From Mustelus asterias (Eukaryota), in NCBI RefSeq assembly GCF_964213995.1, contig NW_027590135.1:1116001-1180000 (forward strand): a stretch of 64,000 bases of DNA, in the 5' to 3' direction. This document shows positions 38,264 to 50,199 of the stretch, piece by piece. The position numbers and the translations under genes were made by a program. The notes beneath the pieces are model-generated. The model did not search any database. It had not been told where the DNA came from and saw only the letters and a program-made list of their open reading frames with translations. The first letter of the stretch is position 1. Each line of letters opens with the position of its first letter.

Positions 38264-38345
38264 GCTGCCGTGGCTGCGTGGTTAAGGCGTTGGATTTGAA
38301 ACCCGATGGGGTTTCTCTGTGCAGATTCGAAGCCTGCTGCCAGCG
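38264..38345 (+). pseudogene. tRNA-Ser(TGA) pseudogene
   Basis: Homologous to 63689-63770 with many substitutions in D-arm, T-stem and acceptor. Confidence 0.85.
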
Positions 38346-38555
38346 AGTGTGATTGGAAATGTTTGCTTTAGGCAGCCACAGAATTGCAAATCCTATTTTT
38401 TTGGAATGAATTCTTTGGATCTCCAGCATGCTTTCAGCTACATAACAGGAAGGTGAGCTTGGAAAGGACACCTGAGTGTCCTCAGTCTGGCAAGGACAAG
38501 ATAGGCCGAATGGGTTCCTTCGGTGCTGTTACATTTCTCTGGTTCTTTCTAAGGT

Positions 38556-38823
38556 CGTGATGTGGAGATGCCGGCGTTGGACTGGGGTGAACACAGTAAG
38601 AGTTTTAACAACACCAGGTTAAAGTCCAACAGGTTTATTTGGTAGCAAATGCCATTAGCTTTCGGAGCACTGCTCCTTTATCAGATGGAGTGGAAATGTG
38701 CTCTCAAACAGGGCACAGAGACACAAAATCAAGGTACAGAATACTGATTAGAATGTGAATCCCTACAGCCAACCAGATCTTTAAACCTGTTGGACTTTAA
38801 CCTGGTGTTGTTAAAACTCTTAC
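38556..38823 (-). mobile_element. Short Penelope-like insertion with inverted partial terminus and 12-bp TSD
   Basis: TSD TCTTTCTAAGGT (38544-38555 / 38824-38835); 43-bp inverted repeat 38595-38637 / 38782-38824; hammerhead with CTGATAA core at 38652-38688. Confidence 0.88.
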
Positions 38824-39089
38824 TCTTTCTAAGGTGCCATGAGGAAAATCAAAGCATGAGCAGAATGATAAAGGCATCAACAGGGGAACAAGGACAAAAC
38901 AGGGTCTCACGTCAGAGGAAGGTTTTTATAAATGACACACAGAACATAAGAAATACATTTATTTAATTGAGCTGGACCCTGAAAAATGAAACAAACTTCG
39001 AACCAATCAGTGCCTGTCTGAGAACTGGCAAGGAATATGGCTGACATTGATCCGGTTCGTGGTGAATTTTTTTTTGGAGAATAAAAGAA

Positions 39090-40010
39090 TCATACAGTAC
39101 AGAAGAGGCTCTTCGGCCCATTGACTCTGCTCTGACGCGGAAGAAGCATCTGACCTCCAATCGAATCGCATCTACCAGCACTTGACCCATAGGCCTGAGT
39201 GTTATGATATGCCAATTGCTGAACACATACTTTTAAAGGATGTGAGGCAACTTGCCTCTATCACCTTCCAAGGCAGCGCATTCCAGACCGTCACTGCCCT
39301 TGGGTAAAAATGTTTTTCCGCACAGCCACCCTATACTTCCTGCCCCTCACATTGAACCTATGTCCTCTTTTTACTGACCCTTCAACCAAGGGGAACAGCT
39401 GCTTCCTATCCACTCTGTCGATGCCCTCATAATTTTGTACACCTCGATCAGGTCCCCCCTCAGTATTCTCTGCTCTAAAGAAAACAATCCAAGCCTCCCC
39501 AATCTCCCTTCAGAACTTACATGTTCCATCCCAGACAGCATCATGGTGAATTTCCTCTGCATCCCCTCCAGTGCAATCACATCCTTCCTATCTTGTGGCG
39601 ACCAAAACTGCACACAGTACTCTAGCTGTGGCCCCACCAAAGTTCTTTGCAATTCCAACATGACATTTTATTGCAGTCGATGCCCCGATTGTTAAAGGCA
39701 AGTGCCCCATATGTTTTTTTTTCACCATCCTACTAACATGCCCTTTGCCTTCAGAGATTATGGACAAACACGCCAATGTCCCTATATTCCACAGAACTTC
39801 CAAGTGCCATGCCCTTCATTGAATACTTCCTTGCCAAATTATTCCTTCCAAAGTGTGTTACCTCACATCTTTCGGGGTTAAATTCCATCTGCCACTTATC
39901 CGCCCGTTTGACTATCCTGTCTATATCTTCTTGCAGACTAAGAAACTCAGCCTCCCTTTCACCACCCAGCCAATCTTTATGCCATCCGCAAAGTCACTCA
40001 TCCTACCCAG
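39090..40010 (-). mobile_element. CR1 LINE 3' fragment
   Basis: ORF 39371-39661 LVGPQLEYCVQFWSP...RGDLIEVYKIM. Confidence 0.88.
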
Positions 40011-40965
40011 TCATTTATATTAATGATTTGGATGAGAATTTAGGAGGCATGGTTAGTACGTTTGCAAATGACACCAAGATTGGTGGCAGAGTGGACAATG
40101 AAGAAGGTTACCTCGGATTGCAGTGGGATCTTGATCAATTGAGTCAATGGGCCGATGAACGGCAGATGGAATTTGATTTAGATAAATGTAAGGTGATGTA
40201 TTTAGGTGGATTAAACCATGGCAGGACCTATTCAGTTAATGGTAAGACGTTGGGGTGAGTTATAAAACAAAGAGATCGAGGGGTACAGGTTCATAGCTCC
40301 TTGAAAGTGGAGTCACATGTGGACAGGGTGGTGAAGAAGGCATTCGACATGCTTGGTTTCAGTGGTCAGAACATTGAACACGGGAGTTGGGACATCTTGT
40401 TGAAATTGTACAAGACATTCATAAGGCCACACTTGGAATATTGTGTCGAGTTCTGGTCACCCTATTATCGGAAGGATATTATTAAATTAGAAAGAGTGCA
40501 GAAAAGATTTATTAGGATGCCACCAGGATTTGATGGTTTGAGTTATAAGGAGGGGCTGGATAGACTGGAACTTTTTTTCTCCTGGAGCGCAGGAGACGTG
40601 GAGGTGATATAAAGAGGCCTCTATCATAATGAGGAAATAGATAAGGTAGATAGTCAACAGCTTTTCCCCACAATAAGGGAGTCTAAAACTGGAGAACATA
40701 GGTTTAAGATGAGAGCGGAGGGATACAAAAGGGTCCAGAAGGGCAATTTATTTCACACAGAGTGGTGTGTGGAACGAGTTGCCAGAGGTAGTAGAGACGG
40801 GTACAATTTTGTCTTTAAAAAATAATTTAGACAATTACATGGGTAAGATGGGTATGGAGGGATATGGACCAAACACGGGCAATAGGGACGAACTTAATGG
40901 TAAAAATTGGGCGGCATGGACATGTTGTGCCGAAGGGCCTTTTTCCATGCTGTGAACCTCTATGA
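40011..40965 (+). mobile_element. CR1 LINE 3' fragment, head-to-head with the previous one
   Basis: IYINDLD...FANDTKIGG...QMEFDLDKC; RPHLEYCVEFWSP; 3' UTR GCCGAAGGGCCT. Confidence 0.9.
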
Positions 40966-41735
40966 CCAGATTTATTGACACAAACAGCAAATCCAAATTA
41001 TTGTTCCCTGCTGCCATCTCCTGGCTGAACGCAAGTTGTGCAACAACGTCACGATTCAATCAAACCTTCATAGATTGGAGTGAAATAACATCAACATGGT
41101 TCTGACCGATTAACATGATTGCAAAACATGATATTAATCAAATTCCATGTCCCAAGGATCTGCTTTCTGATTGGGCGACCCTGCTCACCCCGATCTATCG
41201 GAAAGTGTAAAACTCCCAGAACGGGAATGTCGGTTACAGAATTCTCTCAGCTGTGATTTCTCTGCCACTTCATTGCTTCGTTCTATAAATACAGAGGGGG
41301 AGACAGAGCCAGGTGGTGTTGTGGTGACTGTGCGAGCATTTGACCAAGGGTCAGTACCTGACCCAGAGTGTTGACTTATTTAATTAGCTATCTCTGGTCA
41401 GAACAGAAGGGGGACAGTTCTAAAAAAAATCACCAAATATTCTCATCATTCATGTGTTTCTGACATAAAATCCAGCTTCAATTTCCGTTCAGTGGAAACT
41501 TTGTTCAAATGAAAGAACAGGCCGCAAATCTAATCAGAGTTATCAGTCAGAAACAACAGCAAAAAGGTGGCTAAAACTGTCCAGAAAAACGAGACAAGCC
41601 AAGTTCAGGTTAAAAAAAATGTCCCAAGGACATACCTTATGTCTGCTGAAATCAGAAGCTAAGGTAGTTTTGTAATTATAACTAATGAAAATAACAGTTA
41701 CGTGAGGGGAGCGAGCGATGGTGGTATAGCGGTGA

Positions 41736-42745
41736 TGATGTGGAGATGCCGGCGTTGGACTGGGGTAAGCACAGTAAGAAGTCTCACAACACCAGGTTAA
41801 AGTCCAACAGGTTTATTTGGTAGCAAATACCATAAGCTTTCGGAGCAATGCTCCTTCGTCAGATGGAGTGGTCTCTGTTCTCAAACAGGGCACAGACACA
41901 GAAATCAAATTACAGAATACTGATTAGAATGCAAATCTCTACAGCCAGCCAGGTCTTAAATGTACAGACAATGTGGGTGGAGGGAGCATTCAACACAGGT
42001 TAAAGAGATGTGTATTGTCTCCAGACAGTACAGCTTGTGAAATTGTGCAAGTCCAGGAGGCAAGCTGTGGGGGTTACTGATAATGTGACATAAATCCAAC
42101 ATCCCGGTTTAGACCGTCCTCATGTGTGCGGAACTTGGCTATCAGTTTCTGCTCAGTGACTCTACGCTGTCGTGTGTCGTGAAGGCCGCCTTGGAGAACG
42201 CTTACCTGAAGATCCAAGGCTGAATGCCCGTGACTGCTGAAATGCTCCCCCACAGGAAGAGAACAGTCTTGCCTGGTGATTGTCGAGCGGTGTTCATTCA
42301 TCCGTTGTCGTAGCGTCTGCATGGTTTCCCCAATGTACCATGCCTCGGGACATCCTTTCTTGCAGCGTATCAGGTAGACAACGTTGGCCGAGTTGCAAGA
42401 GTAGGTACCGTGTACCTGGTACATGGTGTTCTCACGTGAGATTATGGCATCCGTGTTGATGATCCGGCACGTCTTGCAGAGGTTGCTGTGGCAGGGTTGT
42501 GTGGTGTCGTGGTCACTGTTCTCCTGAAGGCTGGGGAGTTTGCTGCGGACAATGGTCTGTTTGAGGTTGCGTGAAGGCAAGAAGTGGGGGTGTGGGGATG
42601 GCCTTGGCGAGATGTTCGTCTTCATCAATGACATGTTGAAGGCTCCGGAGGAGATGCCGTAGCTTCTCCGCTCCGGGGAAGTACTGGACGACGAAGGGTA
42701 CTCTGTCCACCGTGTCCCGTGTTTGTCTTCTGAGGAGGTCGGTGC
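41736..42745 (-). mobile_element. Penelope-like retroelement, 5'-truncated (GIY-YIG endonuclease region + 3' terminus)
   Basis: ORF 42074-42805: C...CKTC, SCNSANVVYLIRC, WYIGET.QTLRQRMNEHR, V.EHF, EQKLI..F.T...GLN, the Penelope GIY-YIG signature. Confidence 0.93.
41830..41866 (-). ncRNA. Minimal type-I hammerhead ribozyme
   Basis: Minus strand ccat-CTGACGA-a-ggagc(att)gctcc-GAAA-gc-TT-atgg. Confidence 0.85.
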
Positions 42746-43130
42746 GGTATAGTGGTGAGCATAGCTGCCTTCCAAGCAGTTGACCCGGGTTCGATTCCCG
42801 GCCATCGCATTGGTAATGTGTGTTGGACATTATCAGCGCCCTCTTGTGGTTTTAACGCAACATTTGACTGCAATGAAATAAAGTGGACTTAATGTTTTCG
42901 TTTTATTTTTCGGATGCAGAATTCGGGTTCAACTTGATTTTAATGAAAGGTTACTGAAAAAGAACAACAAGTCTCTGAACTAGTGAATGAGTTCTGGATC
43001 AGAGACAAAGATACAAATTAAAAGGAGACGAACAAATTTCAGCTCACACGCTGTGCTCTGCATCATTCCGGTGCCTGATAAAGGTCTGTGAATGTTGCTA
43101 AGTCGGTTACATCACAACAGCAAATAAGCA

Positions 43131-43208
43131 GCTGCGATGGCCGAGTGGTTAAGGCGTTGAGAAATCCAATGGGGTTTCCCCGCGCAGGTTCGAGCCCTGC
43201 TCGCAGTG
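43131..43208 (+). pseudogene. tRNA-Ser(TGA) pseudogene with 4-nt anticodon-arm deletion
   Basis: Close to 63689-63770 but TTGAGAAATCC replaces TTGGACTTGAAATCC. Confidence 0.88.
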
Positions 43209-43349
43209 GGTGCTACAGGGCAGCCACTAACTCAAAGAAGGCTCGCAAATCTTTGGCATTTAGTATTTGGATCTCCATCGTGCATTCAGCTGCATGGCTC
43301 TGGGCTGGGTGCAGGAAGATGGGCTTGGAAAGGACACCTGGGTGTCCTT

Positions 43350-43508
43350 ATTATTTTGTAAATTGAATTTGTGTCTTTATATGCCCTGTTGTGAATAGAA
43401 CTCCCGCTCACCTGATGAAGGAGCAGCAAGCGCTCTGAAAACTGGTGGCTTTTGCTGCCAAATAAACTTGTTGGACTTTCACCTGGTGTTGTGAGATTTC
43501 TTGCTGTG
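43350..43508 (+). mobile_element. Penelope terminal fragment with degenerate hammerhead
   Basis: cac-CTGATGA-aggagcagcaagcgctct-GAAA-actg-gtg followed by AATAAACTTGTTGGACTTTCACCTGGTGTTG; absent in cassette copy 1. Confidence 0.8.
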
Positions 43509-44589
43509 TCCTTGGACTGGCATGGCAGGATAGGTTCAATGGCTTCCTTCTGTGCTGTTATTTTTCTATAATTCTTCCTATGGTTCGATGAGAAAATTCA
43601 GAACATGAACATGTTTTTTTAAAGCAGCATCAAGGCACAAAGGCAAAACACAGTCTCATGTCAGAGGAAGATTCTTATGCAATGGCATAAGAATGCACAC
43701 AGAGCATAAAAATACATTTCATCAGAATACATTGAATGAATATTTCAAAATGCTGCTTCGGTGATATCACATCGTGTTCATTCAAACACATTGCAACAAG
43801 CTGGTCATTACTGGGCGTTCTGTGTTCCTGGTTATAACAGTTTGGGAATGGAAGGAGCAGGTTCACATCTGCACATTAACAGGATCAAACTGTCTCAGAT
43901 TGACAGCTCCCAGGACAGGCTTTCCTCTCCTCTCGCTCTGTGCTGTGGATTCTCAGGGATTAGTTGGAGTTTCCCAGCTCAGTAACTGTAAAAGCCTCTG
44001 AGGCCAGCAATGCTCACAGTATCTGCTCCCCAGATTCAGGGGGCTGCAGCCAATCAGAGCTGTGCCTGATTTAACCCAGAACTGGTTGAAATGATGATAT
44101 TGTTCACAAGCTGAATTCTATTTGATCAGATGAAGATACAGATTGTGTGCACTCAGTCACTAAACAACAATATCCCGCCTTCATATAGAGTGGATGAGAG
44201 TGGGTGGAGGGAGAGACAGAGACAGAGTGAGTTAGGGTGACGAGACACAGACGGCCAGACAATGTCTCAGTGACAGAAATCCTTGTAAATTCCAGCTTTA
44301 GCCAGAAAGATTCTCTTGGAGAAACAGAAGCTGCAGTATCAGTTCTCACTGATATTATGGAACAGACACATTATTAATCCCACACTCAGGAACAGTGCTG
44401 CCTTTTGACAGAAGAGATTGGGAGAGGCAAAATAAACTGAATGGTCCAGTTCTAAACAGTGTGCAGGCTCAGAGGGAGTGAGGTTCAGGGAGATATTTGA
44501 AAGTGAGATAGTTTCGGACAGTCGTTCGCAAAGTGGATGGGATCCTTGGCTTCACAAATGGAAGCACTGAGTGTCCATTGGATCCCTCA

Positions 44590-44890
44590 TAATCCATTGT
44601 GAGAAAGGAGGCCATTTGCCCATTGCATCTGCACTGACTTTCTGGAAGAACATCTTTTCCCATGGCTAACCCTCTTAACCTACACATCTTGGGTCATTAA
44701 GGGGCAAATATATCATGTCTAATCTATTTATTCTGCACATCTTTAGTCTTTGGGAGGAAATTGGAGCACCTGGGGAAACCCATGCAGATACAGGGAGAAT
44801 GTGCAAACTCCACACAGACAGTCAGCCATGGAGGAATTGAGCATGGGTCTCTGGCGCTGTGAAGCAGCAGCGCTAACCAGTGCCACTCTG
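44590..44890 (-). mobile_element. Degenerate HE1-like SINE
   Basis: GGAGAATGTGCAAACTCCACACAGACAGT core. Confidence 0.8.
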
Positions 44891-45297
44891 CTGGTGTAAC
44901 TTTAACAATCCAATTCCTTTCTGAATGCCTCACTTGAAGCAGCATCACCACATTGTCAGACAATGCATCCCAGAGCTGAACTACTTGCTGTGGGAAAGGG
45001 TTTTCTCATTATGCTTCAATCACTAACAAAGGGTCAGTAAATTGGTCCACGGCGGTGAAAGGGTTTCATATGATGTGACCCTTCGTAAACTGGGTCTGTA
45101 TTCTCTGTGATTCACAAGCATGAGAGGCAAAACATTAAAACATACAAGATTCTGAAGGGGTTTGATTTTGTGGACATTGGGAGATTGCGGAAGCTGGCTC
45201 AGTGTAAGGATCAGATCATTTCACACTGACATGAGAATACATTTCTGCACTCATTGGGTTGTGATCCTTTGACATGCTCCATTGTTGAATACACTAG

Positions 45298-45605
45298 TGG
45301 TGGCACAGTGGTTAGCATTGCTGCCTCAAAGCACCAGGGAACCGGGTTCAATTCCACCTTGGGTAATTGCCTGTATAATGTTTGCACGTCCTCCCCATGT
45401 TTGCGATTCCTCCCATTCTCCAAATGTTAGGTGGATTGACCATGCTAAACTGCCTGTTAGTGTCCCAAATATATTGGTTAGGGGGATTAGCAGAATATGT
45501 GGGGTTACCGGGATAGGTTCTGGGTGGGATGCTCTGTCAGAGAGTCAGTGCAGATTCAATGGACCAAATGGCCTCCATCTACACTGCAGGTTATGACAGT
45601 CTATG
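45298..45605 (+). mobile_element. Degenerate HE1-like SINE
   Basis: TGGCACAGTGGTTAGCATTGCTGCCTCA head; AATGGCCTCC tail. Confidence 0.8.
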
Positions 45606-46199
45606 ACAATTAAGGCTGAGATAAACAAATTTTGGTTTCTCAGGGAATCAAGGGAGTGAGGAGTAAAATGCAGTTCAATCCCAAGATCTGAAACTCCATA
45701 AGCAGCTGGTATGTCCACATCTGGAGTCTGCACCCACAGTTTGGAACCCACACTTTCAAAAAGATATACAGCTGATAGAAAGAGTGGAAAGCTGTGTATT
45801 ATTACCTTATTACCCAAGCTTGAAAAGTTCTTTATTCGGAGTTACCATAGTTTTGGTGATCGTCAGTATAAACTACAGAAATTTGATTCACATCTTAATA
45901 GTCACAGTTTGTTTTCTCCCCAATAGAATTGCTGATATTTCAAATGATTTTGTTGGGAATGCTGAAAATGTAGTGACTTTTAGAAAATGTGTCAGAAACA
46001 TAGTGTGATTTCTATCTATGTATTGTCTGATGATGTTGCTGTTCTTGTTTTAATACTGTGCCGATGTGCTTTGCACTGTATGGCAATAAAGACACAGAAA
46101 TCAAAATTGTTTTGAATGGTTTAACATTATTGATGAGCCACATAGTAAATGTCTGCCCTTATTTCCTGCGTTCTTGTGACTGGACAAGACACAAGCATG

Positions 46200-46830
46200 G
46201 ATACTGAGGGGAAAAAAAGGGTGGAAATTGCAGAGGCAATGGTTAAAAGTTTTCTATCCGAGCTAGTTATATGGGTGGTGCCAGAGGACTGGAGAATTGC
46301 AAATGATAAATACACTTCTTCAGAAAAGGCTGTGAGGATAAGCCAACTAAATCCAATCAGTTTAACTTCTGCAACGAGGTTAAACTGGTTTGAGGTTTAA
46401 TCTCCAAACACTGGAGATTAAATTAACACTCACTTGTGCGAATGTACATTAAGGAAAACACAAACATAATTATTAAAGGGGGATCACATTTAACTTGCTT
46501 CAGATTTTAATGAGGGTAACAGAAAAGGTTGATGAGGGGATGTGGTTAATGTGAACATGGACTGCCAAAAAGCATTTTATAAATAAAGGGGCACACAGCA
46601 AACTTGTGGTAACATTTGGAGCTGATAGAATAAAAGGGACAGCAGCAACATGGATAGGAATCTGACAGAGTGACAGGAAACACAGCAGTGGGAAATGTTT
46701 TTATTTGGAATGGAGGTCGGTTAAAGTGGGATTCCAGGAGGGTTGGTGTTAGGAATTCTGCTCTTCCTGATACATATTAGAGACATTGGCAATGCTGTAC
46801 AAAGCACATATTCAAACTGTGGCAATTACA
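46200..46830 (+). mobile_element. Old CR1 RT fragment
   Basis: VVPEDWRIAN...PISLTS and later D..KAF/PQG remnants. Confidence 0.7.
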
Positions 46831-46832
46831 CA

Positions 46833-48065
46833 ATGTGGAGATGCTGGCATTGGACTGGGGTAATCACAGTAAGAGTTTTAACAACACCAGGTTAAAGTCC
46901 AACAGGTTTATTTGGTAGCAAATGCAATTAGCTTTCGGAGCGCTGCTCCTTCGTCAGATGGAGTGGATATCTGCTTTCAAACAGGGCATACAGAGACACA
47001 AAATCAAGTTACAGAATACTGATTAGAATGCAAATCTCTCCACAACCAGGTCTTAAAGATACAGACAATGTGAGTGGAAGGAGCATTAAGCACAGGTTAA
47101 AGAGATGTGCATTGTCTGCAGACAGGACAGCCAGTGAGATTCTGCAAGTCCAGGAGGCAAGCTGTGGGGGTCACTGATAGTGTGACATAAATCCAAGATC
47201 CCGGTTTACGCCGTCCTCATATGTACGGAACTTGGCTATCAGTTTCTGCTCAGCGACCCTGCGCTGTCGTGTCGTGAAGACCGCCTTGGAGAACGCTTAC
47301 CCGAAGATCAGAAGCTGAATGCCCGTGACCGCTGAAGTGCTCCCCCACAGGAAGAGAACAGTCTTGCCTGGTGATTGTCGAGCGGTGTTCATTCATCCGT
47401 TGTCGTAGCATCTGCATGGTTTCCCCAATGTACCATGCCTCGGGACATCCTTTCCTGCAATGTATCAAGTAGACAATGCTGGCCGAGTTGCAAGAGTAGG
47501 TACCGTGTACTTGGTAGACGGTGTACTCACGTGAGATGATGGCATCGGTGTCGATAATCCAGGACGTCTTGCAGAGGTTGCTGTGGCAGGGTTGTGTGGT
47601 GTCGTGGTCAATGTTCTCCTGAAGGCTGGGTAGTTTGCTGCGGACAATGGTCTGTTTGAGGTTGTGCAGTTGTTTGAAGGCAAGAAGTGGGGGTGTGGGG
47701 ATGGCCTTGGCGAGATGTTCGTTTTGATCAATGACATGTTGAAGGCTCCGGAGGAGATGCCGTAACTTCTCCGCTCCGGGGAAGTACTGGACGACGGAGG
47801 ATACTCTGTCCACCGTGTCTCGTGTTTGTCTTCTGAGGAGGTTGGTGAGGTCTTTAACTCCCGTATACACAGGGTCTGCTCAGATGAGGAGGATCGCAAC
47901 GGATACCTCCAGACGTTGAAAGATGTCCTCACAAGAACAGGATATGGCGCTCGACTCATCGATCGACAGTTCCGACGCGCCACAGCGAAAAACCGCACCG
48001 ACCTCCTCATAAGACAAACACGGGACACGGTGGACAGAGTATCCTTCGTCGTCTAGTACTTCCCG
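46833..48065 (-). mobile_element. Penelope-like retroelement with 5' inverted segment (~47860-48065)
   Basis: GIY-YIG ORF 47250-47870; inverted piece encodes RIHRVCSDEEDR..YLQTLKDVLTRTGY on +; hammerhead at 46925-46961. Confidence 0.92.
46925..46961 (-). ncRNA. Minimal hammerhead ribozyme, core intact, one stem-I mismatch
   Basis: Minus strand ccat-CTGACGA-a-ggagc(agc)gctcc-GAAA-gc-TA-attg. Confidence 0.75.
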
Positions 48066-48079
48066 TCAGTGGCTGACTT

Positions 48080-48810
48080 TAATCTTCCTGCGGATTTGGA
48101 CAATCAAGTTTGCAGAGGTAGCCATGAGGAAGAATTCAGAGTGTATTAGACACAGTTTCCATGAAGAATACTTTATGGATCCAAGCAGAAACCAGGCCAG
48201 TTTGGATATTGTAATGTGTAATGATACAGCTTTCATAAACAATCAGAGTAAAAGCTCCGCTCGGAAACAGTGACCGTAATATGGTAGAATTTAGCATTCA
48301 GTTTTGAGTGCAAACTTGAGTCAGAGGCAACTGTGCTCAACTTAAATAAGGGTAATTGGAAAAGAATGAGAGCAGAGTTGGCTAGACTGGACTGCAAAAG
48401 ATGTTTAGCAGAAAAGACGATCGCTCAGCAATGACATACGTTATGAAAATAGTTTATGACTCACAACAAAGATACATACCAGTGACAAACAAGGATTCTG
48501 GAAGGGAATAAATCAACCATGGTTAACCGAGGAAGTTAAAGATTGCATCAAACTGAAAGAAGAACATAGGATGTTTCATATATTAGTGGTAAGACAGAGC
48601 ATTGGGGAAGTTTCAAAAACCAACGAATGATGACCAAAAAAATACTAACGTGGGAGAAGATGAACTACAAACGTAAATTAACAAGTAATTTAAAAAGAAA
48701 CAGGAAGAGCTTCTATAAATATATAAAAACAAAGAGAGAGGCTAAAGTGAACATAAGCTGCTGAGAGATTGAGACTGGGAAATAAAAGGAAATGGCAGAG
48801 GAGTGAAATA
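48080..48810 (+). mobile_element. Old CR1 endonuclease/linker fragment
   Basis: LD.V..N, LGNSD.NMVEF and PWLT.EV remnants. Confidence 0.65.
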
Positions 48811-48820
48811 CATAATCTGT

Positions 48821-48903
48821 GTCAGGATGGCCGAGTCGTCTAAGGTGCTTCGTTCAGGTCACTGTCTCCTCGAGAGGCGTGAATTCAAATTCCAGTCCTG
48901 ACA
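48821..48903 (+). pseudogene. tRNA-Leu(CAG) pseudogene
   Basis: 83 nt GTCAGGATGGCCGAG...TTCAGGTC...TCCTGACA with mutated B-box (GAATTCAAAT). Confidence 0.85.
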
Positions 48904-49099
48904 TTGTTTAGGGGAGGCAGTGGAGTCATGGGCCAGTGATCCACAGACTCTGGATAATGCGCTAGGGACCCGCGTTCAAAATCCAACACAGCAGATGGTG
49001 AAATTTGAACTCAATATGAATCTGCAATTAAAAACCTAATTATCGCTTGTCATAAAACCCTATCTGGTTTACTAATGTCCTTTAGGGAAGGAAATCTGC

Positions 49100-49800
49100 T
49101 GGGCAGGAGTGTGTTTGAATTGTCAAGTCTTGAGGTAACAAAAGCGTGGATGAGGGTTTCAGGTACGGGTGAGTTGAGGTATTATCAACAATGTGTGATG
49201 TTACACAGCTGGTAAGAGGTGATCTTGGTGAAGGAACAGATATGTGGTCAGAATCTCATTTCCGAGTCTAATGAGGTGCCAAGATTATGAGGTTTGTTTC
49301 AACCTCGAACACTGACCAGTAGGAAAGATGGAGTCAGTGATTGGGAACAGAATTTGTGGTGGGAACATTGGTCTTCCAAATATTTAATTGGGGGAATTCT
49401 CTGCTTAGTCAGTAGCAGAGGTCGGAGAAGGTGTCTCATAATTTAATAACAGAGGATTGGTTGTGAGAGGTGATGGTGAGGTAGAGCTGGGTGTTATCAG
49501 CATACATGTGAAAGCTGTGTTTTTAGATAATGTCACTGAGGGGTCAGGTGTAGATGAAAAATAGGAGAGAGTCAAGGAAAGATCCTTGGGGGATTTGGGT
49601 GGTAACAGAATAGAAGTGGGAAGATAAACCATTGCAGGTGATATTCTGCATATGGCCAGAAAGATAAGATCGGAAGTGCAGTCTTACCCAGCTGAACAAT
49701 CCCTGATCATCCTTCTCAACCTATCCACACCTTTGACATGGTTGACTGCCCCATTATGCTCCAATACCTCCCCACTGTCAGATCAGTGTTCACAGCAGAT
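49100..49800 (-). mobile_element. Degenerate L2-like LINE RT fragment
   Basis: Minus strand CCCCAAGGATCTTTCCTTGACTCTCTCCTATTTTCATCTACA (PQGS.L.P.LF..Y) and F.MYAD.TQLY remnants. Confidence 0.6.
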
Positions 49801-50199
49801 GAAGATGTTAATGTACCTGACATCCTGGGGAAACTAATGATGAATGAAGGGCTGGGCCTCAGTAAACGAGTGTAGAGAAGGCTGGAGTTCTCAATCATCT
49901 TCGTCTCGGGTGGCAACTCCTCCATCTCAATGTGTGTGGTGAGATCAGGCCATTCTGCTAGTCAGGAACACCCAGACTGACTGTAAGAGAGGCTGCAATT
50001 AGAACCAAACAATGAGGGAGATTCAATCAGAGTGACCAAGCGCCACCCCCAATACAGAGCACAGGAAGATCCCACTATCTCTCCCTGGCCTATGCAGTGT
50101 GAGGTCCTCTAACCCGGTGTGGCACTGAGCCCCACACACAGGGTATAGGAAGATCCCAGTCTCTGTGCTGATTGGTCTGACTCCAGGGGGTTTGCAGCG

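Larger units (their letters stand above)
37130..38965 (+). repeat. Copy 1 of a duplicated tRNA-Gly/tRNA-Ser cassette
   Basis: Collinear with 41170-43725, e.g. shared CATTTGACCAAGGGTCAGT, GTCCAGAAAAACGAGACAAGCCAAGTTCAG, CTTGGAAAGGACACCTG. Confidence 0.9.
41715..42809 (+). pseudogene. tRNA-Gly(TCC) split by a Penelope insertion (41715-41735 + 42746-42809)
   Basis: GCGATGGTGGTATAGCGGTGA|insert|GGTATAGTGGTGAGCATAGCTGCCTTCCAAGCAGTTGACCCGGGTTCGATTCCCGGCCATCGCA. Confidence 0.92.
41170..43725 (+). repeat. Copy 2 of the duplicated tRNA-Gly/tRNA-Ser cassette
   Basis: Collinear with 37130-38965 apart from different insertions. Confidence 0.9.

Noticed and set aside
42074-42830. ORFs starting MAGNRTRVNC / MSNTHYQC as novel nuclease fusions
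   Set aside because: N-termini are the antisense of tRNA-Gly read into a truncated, frameshifted Penelope ORF.
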